Positions 29,707 to 39,165 of a DNA stretch of 64,000 nt are shown here, in pieces. The translations under genes were made by a program, and so were the position numbers. Source of the DNA: Candidatus Poribacteria bacterium (lineage in GTDB: Bacteria; Poribacteria; WGA-4E; UBA9662). Position 1 is the stretch's first letter, and each line of letters begins with the position of its first letter. The stretch is taken from NCBI GenBank assembly GCA_036339735.1, contig JAYZAL010000088.1, positions 96,001 to 160,000 of the forward strand. The letters run 5' to 3'. Below the pieces are notes generated by a model. That model was not told the DNA's origin and did not search any database. It saw nothing but the letters and a program-made list of their open reading frames with translations.

Positions 29707-31179
29707 ATGTCTTCCACACAACCAAATATAGTACTTTTTTTCACGGATCAATTACGTGCCGATGCACTTGGATGTTACGGAAACCAAATTTGTATGACAC
29801 CCAATATAGATCGGCTGGCTGGAGATGGTGTCATATTTAATAATGCCTACACAACTAGCCCTGTGTGTTCGGCTTCAAGATCATCTCTCATGACGGGTCT
29901 TTATCCTCATAACCATGGAGTCATGCTCAATACACATATAGCTCCTGCTTGGTCAAGAGGACTAGATAGACAAGTACCTGTTTTCAGCGACATATTAAAA
30001 AATAGTGGATATTTTTTAGATTATGTCGGTAAGTGGCACGTTCATCAGGATATCAGACCAGAAGAATATGGTTTCGACATTTATCAATCCCAATCAGAAA
30101 TACAGTTAAAGAACCAACATATTGGCCGAAAAAGTGGGAAACTGGTCGAAGGATCTGGCAGTTTTATAGAATTCCCATACGGAAGTAAGGTTTGTGTAGC
30201 AGGAACTATGTCAGGCCCAAAAGAAAATTATCCTGCATGGCAAGTGGTTGAAGCAGGTATAGAAATGATTCAGGAAAACGCTAAACGAAAAAAGCCTTTC
30301 TTCACAAGAATTGATATTACCTCCCCCCACTTTGCTAATATTATTCCAGAACCTTATTCATCTATGTACAGACCGGATGAAATTCCACCATGGCCAAATT
30401 TTAATGAAACATTCGTCGGAAAGCCATCTAGTCACCTGAAGAAGCATCAAGATTGGAATTTAGAACAAAAAGGTTGGGAGTGGTGGCAAAATGTAGTGGC
30501 AAAGTACTATGGTGATGTAAGTATCATCGATGATCTAGTAGGTTTGACTTTGGAAGCTATCGAAAATGCCGGTATTTCTGAAAATACTATATTCATCTTT
30601 TCCACGGACCATGGAGATTCGACTGGTAGCCATAGACACTTTGAGAAAGCTGGAACTATGTATGAAGAAATCTTCAAAATTCCCTTAGTGATGAGTTTGC
30701 CGAAAGGGATGGCTAAATCTAAAGAGATAAATCAATACGTTCGCTTAATGGACTTAATGCCTACGTTTGTAGATTGGGCTGATGGCGAAATGCCCGAAAG
30801 TATTGATGGAAAAAGCATTGTCCCCCTACTCCAAAGACAAGACCTCTCACATTGGCCAGATAGCGTTTATGCAGAACATCACGGCGAAGTATGGGGTTAT
30901 GCTTCACAACGTATGGTTAAAACAGATCAATGGAAATATGTAATGAATTCTCATGACTTAGATGAATTATATGATTTGCAAAAAGATCCTTGGGAAATGA
31001 ACAACGTCATAAATGAGGAGAAATTTGGTGAGGTTCTTTTAGAAATGAAAGCTCGGTTACTCGGTTGGAATGATGAAACTGGAGATATATTCAGATGGCC
31101 TTGGGTTCGTTATAATTTTCCTGATCCCGTATTACCTGATAATGTAAATAGAAAGACTTTACCTTTGACATGCAAATAG
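29707..31179 (+). CDS. Sulfatase (formylglycine-dependent, CxAxR variant)
   Basis: PNI..F.TDQLR.D, SPVCSASRSSLMTG, GKWH, STDHGD..G.H, ELYDL..DP.EM.N. Confidence 0.92.
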   Translation: MSSTQPNIVLFFTDQLRADALGCYGNQICMTPNIDRLAGDGVIFNNAYTTSPVCSASRSSLMTGLYPHNHGVMLNTHIAPAWSRGLDRQVPVFSDILKNSGYFLDYVGKWHVHQDIRPEEYGFDIYQSQSEIQLKNQHIGRKSGKLVEGSGSFIEFPYGSKVCVAGTMSGPKENYPAWQVVEAGIEMIQENAKRKKPFFTRIDITSPHFANIIPEPYSSMYRPDEIPPWPNFNETFVGKPSSHLKKHQDWNLEQKGWEWWQNVVAKYYGDVSIIDDLVGLTLEAIENAGISENTIFIFSTDHGDSTGSHRHFEKAGTMYEEIFKIPLVMSLPKGMAKSKEINQYVRLMDLMPTFVDWADGEMPESIDGKSIVPLLQRQDLSHWPDSVYAEHHGEVWGYASQRMVKTDQWKYVMNSHDLDELYDLQKDPWEMNNVINEEKFGEVLLEMKARLLGWNDETGDIFRWPWVRYNFPDPVLPDNVNRKTLPLTCK

Positions 31180-31635
31180 TATGGAACGTTCAACATCAAG
31201 TAAATTAATTAGTGATTTGATATTAACTGAAATTTTTCACTACTCACTTCAAGCTAACAATAGATCTTTCCTAGTCATTAGGGGCAGGAAACCTCAGAGA
31301 ATATTTTGATCTTGTATACAGGGTGTAATAGGCTCGGTGAAATTTTTGGAAGGATGACTTTTCCAACTTAGTAAATCAAGGTTGAGTAAATTATTATTTA
31401 TTCTGGTATTGATATCAAGTAGCCCATTATTAATCCAAATGATTAGAAAGGAAGGATTCTTCTGATTGCTCAAAAAGACGTAATTGTATTCACCGCTTTG
31501 AAATAATGACCAGCGTCTACGTGTTTGAGGACCAATTTTTTGTTTTTCTTGGAATTATTGAAGGGACTTTCTCTATCGGTTCAATTGTCCACCGGCAAAG
31601 ATGCTAGTATTATTAACTACTTTCCAATCATAAAT

Positions 31636-32427
31636 TTACAATTCGCTCAATTGACCATTAACGACTTGCCTCAATTTCATCAGTGCATTACCTTCTACTT
31701 GAGCTATACGCTGCCGACTCAATCCCAGTTGTTTACCAACTTCAGTTCGTGAACTTTCGGGTTGTCCTGAAAGGCCAAATCGGCGCTGTATAACCTCTGT
31801 TTCTCGATGAGTTAACTTTTGATTCAAAGCTTTGCCCAAGAAGATCTTTACCTGCTCTTCACGTTCGTTTTGAACTGCCTGTTCTTCAGGACCAACCGAG
31901 TTGCAAACGTAGTTTGTAAGTGCTGTTTCAGCTGTATCATTTTTAGAATTATCCAATGAATAAAATAAGCGTGGTACATGAACAAAAATTTGGTCTTTGT
32001 ACTCAGGCTGAAGCGTTTCAGCGTTGTCATTTTGGCTCTCATTCATTTGTTCTTTCTTTAACCATTCGGCAGGCACTCTGATACCTCTAGCTTTATTTTC
32101 TAAAGCACGACTGATGGATTGCCGGATCCAAATCCAAGCATAAGTGCTAAACCTACCACGAGTAGAATCAAACCGCTCAATAGCTTTCATGAGTCCAATA
32201 GCTCCCTCTTGCATCAGGTCATCTTCAGTCATTCCACTGTCATGATTTTGGTAATAATCTTGTCTAATTATTTTTCTAACTAAGCCGAGGTTCTTTTCAA
32301 CTAAGATGTTTCTAATTCGATGACAGTCATCATTATTTTCGGCTAGCTTGGCTTTATTTAATTGACTAAACAACTCATTTTCTTGTTCGTCCCTGAACTT
32401 GGATTGATGAGAGCACATATAGTTCAT
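31636..32427 (-). CDS. Sigma-70 family sigma factor (RpoD/RpoS-like regions 2 and 4, reduced region 3)
   Basis: LVEKNLGLV, DLMQEGAIGLMKAIERFD..RG.FSTYA..WIRQSISRA...KARGIRVP, L..RE.EVI..RFGL...EVG..LGLSRQRI.Q.E..AL.KLR; start moved to ATG 32427 (AAGGA RBS). Confidence 0.85.
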   Translation of the reverse strand: MNYMCSHQSKFRDEQENELFSQLNKAKLAENNDDCHRIRNILVEKNLGLVRKIIRQDYYQNHDSGMTEDDLMQEGAIGLMKAIERFDSTRGRFSTYAWIWIRQSISRALENKARGIRVPAEWLKKEQMNESQNDNAETLQPEYKDQIFVHVPRLFYSLDNSKNDTAETALTNYVCNSVGPEEQAVQNEREEQVKIFLGKALNQKLTHRETEVIQRRFGLSGQPESSRTEVGKQLGLSRQRIAQVEGNALMKLRQVVNGQLSEL

Positions 32428-32466
32428 AATTCCTTGATTTTGCATTAGTTTTGGGATTATACACCC

Positions 32467-32533
32467 CGAATGCGACAGCCAATGTCGCACAAAAAAAAAT
32501 ACCCGCTAATGTCGACACAGTTTGTCGCATTCG
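32467..32533. promoter_or_regulatory. Two palindromic operator-like boxes CGACA-N5-TGTCGCA, 40 bp apart, in the divergent sigma/ssb intergenic region
   Basis: tgcgaca-gccaa-tgtcgca (32471-32489) and gtcgaca-cagtt-tgtcgca (32511-32529); outer arms cgaatgcgaca/tgtcgcattcg form an 11-bp IR. Confidence 0.6.
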
Positions 32534-32620
32534 CCACGTATTTTTCAGATACCCACAGAACAAATAGAATGAATATTGCTCTTCAAAGAAACTAATACAA
32601 ATAAAAAGGAGATAAATCTA

Positions 32621-33040
32621 ATGTTGAATTATAACCGTACGATTATGATGGGACGATTAACACGTGATCCAGAGCTAAACATCTTAACCTCGGGGACTGA
32701 ATCCATGACAACTGCACTAGCTGTTAATCGTACTTGGACAGACAAACATAGTGGTGAGAAACGAGAAGAAGTCTGCTTTATTGATTTGCAAGCCTTCGGT
32801 CGCATAGCGGAGGTAATCGCTGAACATTTTTGTCAAGGTGATCCTATTCATATCGAAGGCCGGCTACGCTTCCGCCAATGGGAGACACCCGAAGGCGAAA
32901 GGCGAGCTAAACATGATCTATTAATCGACAGTTTCGAGTTCGTGGGTGTCCGCAGTGATAACCAGGTGTTGTCTAATACCAAAAAGGACCAGAGACAAAC
33001 TATTCCAATTGCGGAAGTTGGGGACAACATTCCCTTCTAA
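32621..33040 (+). CDS. ssb: Single-stranded DNA-binding protein
   Basis: N...MGRLTRDPE, LAVNR.W, EE.CF, G..I.IEGRL...WE..EG..R, C-terminal DNIPF; ATG 32621 with AAGGAG RBS. Confidence 0.92.
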   Translation: MLNYNRTIMMGRLTRDPELNILTSGTESMTTALAVNRTWTDKHSGEKREEVCFIDLQAFGRIAEVIAEHFCQGDPIHIEGRLRFRQWETPEGERRAKHDLLIDSFEFVGVRSDNQVLSNTKKDQRQTIPIAEVGDNIPF

Positions 33041-33368
33041 ATATCAAACTTAGGGTTACAAAATAATACGGAGCTTAATAAATCTTTTTTCTACTATTCA
33101 TAATAGACTATTTGACATTCGATAACAGTATCAATAACTTAATCGACGAAAAATATGGCGACCTTAATTAACCAACTAGAGTATATCGTCAACACCCTAG
33201 TGGAGATAAGAAGATGTGAAAGTATCTGTAAGCTTACGAAGACAGACAGTATTACACACAAATTTACTGTTTGCACAAATTTCCTAATTTTTAATTCTAG
33301 ATCGAAGCTTAGACCATTGCAAATGTACAACTACGAAACGAATTTGGATCGGACTCATAGTTAGTGAA

Positions 33369-34055
33369 TCATTTAACATATCGATATCCAATTCCGTGCA
33401 CAGTCTGGATATGTTTTCCTTCTGAGCCAAGCTTATTACGTAGTCGATTCATATGAGTATCAACTCTTCGATCACTGAGTTTAGCTCTTTTACTGGGTAT
33501 TTGCTGTAGTAACTCTTCCCTGGCAAAAACTCGATTGGGTAACTTAGCTAAACAAAGTAATAGATTAAATTCCGTCTTGGTTAAATCTACATTATTTCCA
33601 GCACAAAATACTCGTCGCTCCGATGAATCAATTTCTAACTGATTCACGACAATCTTCTCTTCGGATACTTTGCTCAGGTACGCCTTGTTCCGTCGGTGAA
33701 CCGCCCGACATCTCAGGACAACTTCCCTAATATTGAATGGTTTCTCAATATAGTCATCAACACCTAATTCCAAAGCAACAATCCTATCTTCCACGTTTGC
33801 TTCCTCTGAAATCACAATTACAGGGATATGTTTCGTATTTTGATGACGCGATATAATACGAAGCAGATCTAGACCATCGATATCTGATAATTGCAAATCG
33901 AGAAGAATAACGTCAGGAATCATCTGGAAGATGCGCTTTACGGCATCAGACCCATCTTCAATATGGTTGACTGTGAAATTTTCTAATTCAAAAGCTGTTT
34001 TTAACTGGGGATAAATATCAATATTATTATCTATTATTAAAATTCTAGGTTTCAT
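33369..34055 (-). CDS. OmpR/PhoB family response regulator (orphan)
   Basis: Receiver domain (PDVILLDLQL..IDG, LELGVDDYIEKPF) plus winged helix (LT.TEF.LL..L...P.RVF.RE.LL, R.VD.H..RLR.KL, I.TV.G.GYR). Confidence 0.92.
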   Translation of the reverse strand: MKPRILIIDNNIDIYPQLKTAFELENFTVNHIEDGSDAVKRIFQMIPDVILLDLQLSDIDGLDLLRIISRHQNTKHIPVIVISEEANVEDRIVALELGVDDYIEKPFNIREVVLRCRAVHRRNKAYLSKVSEEKIVVNQLEIDSSERRVFCAGNNVDLTKTEFNLLLCLAKLPNRVFAREELLQQIPSKRAKLSDRRVDTHMNRLRNKLGSEGKHIQTVHGIGYRYVK

Positions 34056-34062
34056 TTATGTT

Positions 34063-34400
34063 ATCTGATTTTATGTTAATTTTGGGTTATTAATAAGGCA
34101 AAACTAAGACGATAAACGAATCTTGTCTGTCATCTTTTGAACTCGGTTAAATAGAAAATATAAAAGGTATAAAGAATTCCATACTCGCAAATACGAGGGC
34201 ATTAGTTACACTGAAAACAATTTACTCGATATCAGGGAATCATAATTTTTGTTTTAACCAACTTGATATAAGTAATAATTATAAGTATCAGTTCACTTAG
34301 ATCATTGGCATAATTGATTTGTATTAGTTCTAAGCCTTGCGATTCAGCTAATAAAAACAGACGAGTGGAAATCAAGACTAATTTTTACCGGCAAATTAAT
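34063..34400. repeat. Diverged non-coding repeat, copy B
   Basis: Collinear with 19185-19530 in the same orientation; directly upstream of the response-regulator start codon. Confidence 0.75.
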
Positions 34401-35134
34401 TATAATTTGTTCTAGTATAAAGATCTGAACGATCCTAATAACCACGGTTTCTGTTATTTGATAATGTTAGGAGGAAGAAGTTCACAATTTTCTGCTGAAG
34501 GATTAGCCAGAGCCGTCTTATTCAGTTTGAATCTCATATACTAGTTCTATACCGGTCCTTTAATTCAATTCTACCAAACTGAACAATAAACCAAATTTGT
34601 ACGATTTAACATGAAGAAGAAATCTCACGCTGTCAGGTTCCACCTGCCAGAAAAACAGAATTATACAACCGACAAAACACCGGACGGTATTGTATAGATA
34701 TTCGAGTTACACTTTCAAGTAAAAGATAACGGATTTCAAGGTCGCCAGACATTAATAAAATTTTAGTACATTTTTAATTTTTACTGGTCTCTTTTGGTTT
34801 CTAACGGTCAAAAAATTACATGAAGATAAGAATTAGACGAACACTTTGGGTGTAAATTTTTGTCTTCAATCGATTCATGATCTACAGAGAGAAACGTGCT
34901 GAAATCGGCTGGATTTTTTAGCGTCCAGAGGCCTTCTTATTCCACTTAATCTAGAGAAGCATCAACTTTCTTTACTAATGTGCAGTTTACATAGGTCTGA
35001 TTTATATTATTCTCTTTTTTCATTCTTCTTCAGTTGATGGTGTGTTTGTCTAATTCGGTTAGAATTCGTACTAATAATTTAGATCCTTTTAATAAGAAAT
35101 GGTATTTTATTAGAAATTTGTTTGAGGTAATGAC

Positions 35135-36862
35135 TTGAAAAAAATCGTTTTTTTACTCTTTTGGCTTAACTTATTAGTCAGGGCTAAAGATATTGAAATC
35201 AAACTCACAGAGTTCACCGATAGTTTGGATCAACCTTGGAGTTTAACTTTCATTAAAAAAAACAAAGTATTAATAACTGAAAAATACGGCCGTATCATTC
35301 AAATCGATTTGTCTACAAAAAAGAAAAAAGAGATAGAACATAACCTGAAAGTTCATACACATAATCAAGGTGGACTACTAGATATTCTTTATCATAAAGA
35401 TACAGTTTATATTTCTTATTCTGAAAAAAGAGATGATGTAGAGAACCAAGATAGAGTAGGGTTATCGAGTACGTCCATTGCCAAAGCCACATTTAACGGC
35501 GACTACCTGTTATTCTCAAATATATTTCGTGCTGAGCCACCAATAGAATCAGGATATCATTTTGGATCTAGGTTAGTTATAAAAGATAATTATTTATACG
35601 CAACCATCGGTGAACGAGGCTTAGGAATGATTGCACAAGACGGAAAAAGCCATCCTGGTAGTATAATCAGAATTTTGTTAGATGGAACTATACCTCAAAA
35701 TAATCCCAAATTCCTTGATTTAGGGAAAAAGGATTGGCTACCTGAAATTTACATGATTGGAGTAAGAAACCCTCAAGGCCTTTCCTTATCCCCTTTCGAA
35801 AATAAGGTCTATATGAGTAACCATGGAGCTAAGGGGGGAGATTGGTTTGGTTCTGCTGATGAGCCTGGTGGTAACTACGGGTGGAAAATACTTGGGTGGG
35901 GAGGAACCAACTATGATTCAACAAATATTGGGCCAAAGTGGCTTCCTGGTTTTGTAAAACCATTGATCTACTGGGCTCCTTCAATTGCTGTTTCCGCAAT
36001 TGCCATATATGAGGGGAATGAATTTTCCGACTGGAATGGATCTGCGTTAATCACATCTTTAAAAGATCAGTCGTTGAGAAAACTGTCTTTCAATAATAGT
36101 GAGGTACTAAACGAAGAATTAATATTTAAAGGAAAAATTGGAAGGATCAGAGACATTAAGATTCAAAATGATACTGGTAAAATATATCTACTAAGCGACC
36201 AAGGCAGCTTATGGTTACTCGAAAACAAATCTATTCGAATCAAGGGTGACGTTAATGGAGATCAGGTGATTAATATCTTTGATTTAGTGATAGTCGCAGA
36301 TCAGTTTGGTCAAAAGGGATATGATTTGCGAGGAGACATTAATGCTGACGGATCAGTTAATATCTTTGATTTAGTTTTAGTTGCAAATTACTTCGGTCGA
36401 AATACAACCAATGCGGCACCTGCTATAAATTCTGATTTTGTACTGTCAAATGAGCAAAAAAAGCATATTACTACCGGTATTAGTTATCTAGAAGATAAAT
36501 TACGTCGCTCAGATGAAGAAGAATTTGCATTAAGTCTTTTGAAATCTATATTACCCAAAAGATTTACCTCACAAACTCAGTTGTTGGCTAATTATCCAAA
36601 CCCATTTAACCCGGAGACTTGGATACCTTTTCGATTAGCTCAGTCTTCTACAGTAACTGCCAGAATTTATGATTCATTGGGTAACAAAATCAGAGTAATT
36701 GAGCTAGGATACTTACGAGCAGGAAATTACACAGAATCGAACAAGTCAATTTATTGGGATGGAAAAAACAAAAATGGAGAACAAGTTTCTTCAGGAGTCT
36801 ATTTCTACGAAATTAGTACTGAAAATTATACAGAAGTAAGAAAAATGGTGGTATTACAATAG
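35135..36862 (+). CDS. PQQ-dependent sugar dehydrogenase (GSDH/YliI-like) fused to dockerin-like repeats and a FlgD-Ig/T9SS-like C-terminal domain
   Basis: LDQPWSL.F, QGGLLD, HFGSRL, GERG, GVRNPQG, HG.KGGD, NYGW, GRIRD; then two GD.N.D...NIFDLV.VA..FG repeats and LLANYPNPFNPETWIP...YWDG.N..GE.VSSGVYFY...RKMV. Confidence 0.88.
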   Translation: MKKIVFLLFWLNLLVRAKDIEIKLTEFTDSLDQPWSLTFIKKNKVLITEKYGRIIQIDLSTKKKKEIEHNLKVHTHNQGGLLDILYHKDTVYISYSEKRDDVENQDRVGLSSTSIAKATFNGDYLLFSNIFRAEPPIESGYHFGSRLVIKDNYLYATIGERGLGMIAQDGKSHPGSIIRILLDGTIPQNNPKFLDLGKKDWLPEIYMIGVRNPQGLSLSPFENKVYMSNHGAKGGDWFGSADEPGGNYGWKILGWGGTNYDSTNIGPKWLPGFVKPLIYWAPSIAVSAIAIYEGNEFSDWNGSALITSLKDQSLRKLSFNNSEVLNEELIFKGKIGRIRDIKIQNDTGKIYLLSDQGSLWLLENKSIRIKGDVNGDQVINIFDLVIVADQFGQKGYDLRGDINADGSVNIFDLVLVANYFGRNTTNAAPAINSDFVLSNEQKKHITTGISYLEDKLRRSDEEEFALSLLKSILPKRFTSQTQLLANYPNPFNPETWIPFRLAQSSTVTARIYDSLGNKIRVIELGYLRAGNYTESNKSIYWDGKNKNGEQVSSGVYFYEISTENYTEVRKMVVLQ

Positions 36863-37036
36863 TATCTATCACTAATATTCAATAGAGTCTCGTTTGTCAT
36901 CAAGGTGACATAAATTAGAAAACAGATGGACTACGTAATAATTCTGTGACTTTTTACGTTTTCGAATTCAAAACTGTAATTAATTGAGTTAAAATATTCT
37001 ACATCAGAAGAATTAGCACTAGCTAGAAGGAGAGAT

Positions 37037-37723
37037 ATGTTTTTCTTCGACCCGTTGTATCTTTTATTCGCATCACCCGGTTTATTACTTGCTTTTTGGG
37101 CTCAATCGCGTGTCAAAGTTGTATTTGCAGAATATTCTGAGGTTGGCTTGACTAGAAGACAGACAGGCGCTCAAATTGCACGAAACATTTTGCAACGTAG
37201 CGGGCTCAATCACGTTAACGTCGAACGAACTGATAGTTTCTTAGGAGACCATTATGATCCACAATCTAAAGTTCTGAGATTAAGTCCAAAAATTTATGAT
37301 GGATACAGCATAACTGCGGCAGGTGTTGCCGCACACGAAGCTGGCCATGCCCTACAAGACCAACACAATTATGCACCATTGCAGCTACGCACCAACATTG
37401 TACCTGCAGTTCAAGTTGGTGGTTGGGTAGGACCACTTATGTTAATGGCTGGACTTTTTATCTCACCTATGTTGGCTTGGGTCGGTGTGCTGTTATTCGG
37501 CCTAACTGTGATTTTCTCTCTGGTCACGTTACCCGTAGAGTTCGACGCGAGTAAACGTGCTAGGCAACTCCTCTCGACAGAAGGAATTATTGTTGGTAAT
37601 GAAATGGATGGAGTTAATAAAGTACTTAACGCGGCTGCCCTAACATATGTTGCAGCTGCTATTCAAGCCATTGGCCAGTTAGCATACTATGTGTTTATGC
37701 TGATGGGAAATTCTGATGATTAG
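37037..37723 (+). CDS. Membrane zinc metallopeptidase (YugP/Zn_peptidase_2 family)
   Basis: LGDHYDP..K.LRLS, AAHEAGHA.Q, TLPVEFDAS.RA, VL.AAALTYVAA. Confidence 0.92.
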   Translation: MFFFDPLYLLFASPGLLLAFWAQSRVKVVFAEYSEVGLTRRQTGAQIARNILQRSGLNHVNVERTDSFLGDHYDPQSKVLRLSPKIYDGYSITAAGVAAHEAGHALQDQHNYAPLQLRTNIVPAVQVGGWVGPLMLMAGLFISPMLAWVGVLLFGLTVIFSLVTLPVEFDASKRARQLLSTEGIIVGNEMDGVNKVLNAAALTYVAAAIQAIGQLAYYVFMLMGNSDD

Positions 37724-37801
37724 AAATCGCCGACCTTCTGTCTGTTTTATTTAAACTCTTTAGCCCAATATTGATTACTGAGAAAGGAGTTGCTAGATAG
37801 T

Positions 37802-38635
37802 ATGAAAGTAGGAATTATGACAAATCATTTCGTCCGTCAATCGTTGGATGAAACACTCGACGCCATTATCAGTCATGATATTTTTCATGTTCAATTTAAT
37901 CTTGCGTCTGCTCATATGAAAGGGTCGTTAGATCATGAAATCGACCTTGTGGGCAACCAAGTCTCCCAACAGATTACAAAACGAAATATGAGTGTCTCCG
38001 CGCTGAGTGGTGAAATTAATATGGTACATCCTGATCTTGCACTCCGTCAGGCTGAAATAACTCATTTACAGAAACTTATCTCATCTTGCAAAAATTTTGG
38101 AACTTCTATCATCGCGACTTGTACTGGGTCTCGGAGTACCGAAAGCATGTGGAAGTATCACCCTGAAAACGAAACGGAAGAGGCATGGCAGGTTTTAATT
38201 ACCACACTGGAAAAATTACTACCAGTTGCTGAAAAACATGGTGTTATCTTGGCCTTCGAACCAGAAGTAAACAACGTTGCTAATACAATCAGTAAGAGCT
38301 TGCGTTTAATTGAAGAGATGAAATCTCCCAACCTGAAAATCGTCATGGATGCAGCCAACATATTCGGTAAGGGCGAACTTCCACAAATGAGCGAAATACT
38401 TGACCAAGCCTTCGAGCTACTCGGAGACCATATCGCCCTTGCACACGCCAAAGACCTTGATCGTGATGGGGACGCTGGTCATCTAGCCGCAGGCACAGGA
38501 TTACTGGATTATGATCGTTATGTTTCTCTTCTGTGCTCTCTACCTTTCGATGTACCTGTTATACTGCATGGTCTAAATGAAGATCAAGTAGATGGTTGTG
38601 TATCTATGCTCAACAGGCTGGCTAGATCTAATTAG
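37802..38635 (+). CDS. Sugar phosphate isomerase/epimerase (xylose isomerase-like TIM barrel)
   Basis: NMVHPD...R, TCTGSR....MW..HP.N, LAFEPE, MD.AN, HAKD, AAG.G.LDY, ILHGL; ATG 37802 preferred over TTG 37790. Confidence 0.85.
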   Translation: MKVGIMTNHFVRQSLDETLDAIISHDIFHVQFNLASAHMKGSLDHEIDLVGNQVSQQITKRNMSVSALSGEINMVHPDLALRQAEITHLQKLISSCKNFGTSIIATCTGSRSTESMWKYHPENETEEAWQVLITTLEKLLPVAEKHGVILAFEPEVNNVANTISKSLRLIEEMKSPNLKIVMDAANIFGKGELPQMSEILDQAFELLGDHIALAHAKDLDRDGDAGHLAAGTGLLDYDRYVSLLCSLPFDVPVILHGLNEDQVDGCVSMLNRLARSN

Positions 38636-39165
38636 TCAGCTAAATGTCGGAGAACTAATACCTTTCAATGTTTATTTTTCATTTAATCTGGGGTAGATTT
38701 TTTAACTCCTGTAATAGGTTAGAATCACATGTAGGTTTTTAACAGTACACCTAAAGCACAATAATCTACCGAAAGAGAATAGAGCATTCGGATAGATACC
38801 AGATCCGTATTTGATTTTTTCTTTTCTCTTACTAGCAGTTAAAGCTGGGTCAGCTGTTTTACTCTCTTTTCTTTTTGATACCCCAAATTTGAAAAATACA
38901 TTCTAGGTTGAATTAGATACGAGCATATTTGAGACTCTTGCTTATCATTTTGTTTTCTGATTATACGAACTTCTTTCTCTACTCTACTCTTCTCTTCTAA
39001 TTTAAGTGTGATTTTATACGAATATCATCTACCAAATAAAGTGGATCTGATATTGATGCACTGGGGCTAGATAGGACTAACTCAGATAGAGCAAATTACG
39101 ACTAATAACGATAATAAGTATTTGGTTGTACGTAATTTTTATAGCTAAAGAATTTTTATAAAACA

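Noticed and set aside
29707-31179. CSASR instead of CxPxR in the sulfatase
   Set aside because: CxAxR is a known functional variant of the formylglycine motif
36270-36376. 19-bp direct repeat ttaatatctttgatttagt
   Set aside because: Encodes the two dockerin-like NIFDLV repeats; not a CRISPR or att site
38970-38998. ctcta/ctctt short tandem run
   Set aside because: Short, imperfect, intergenic low-complexity sequence
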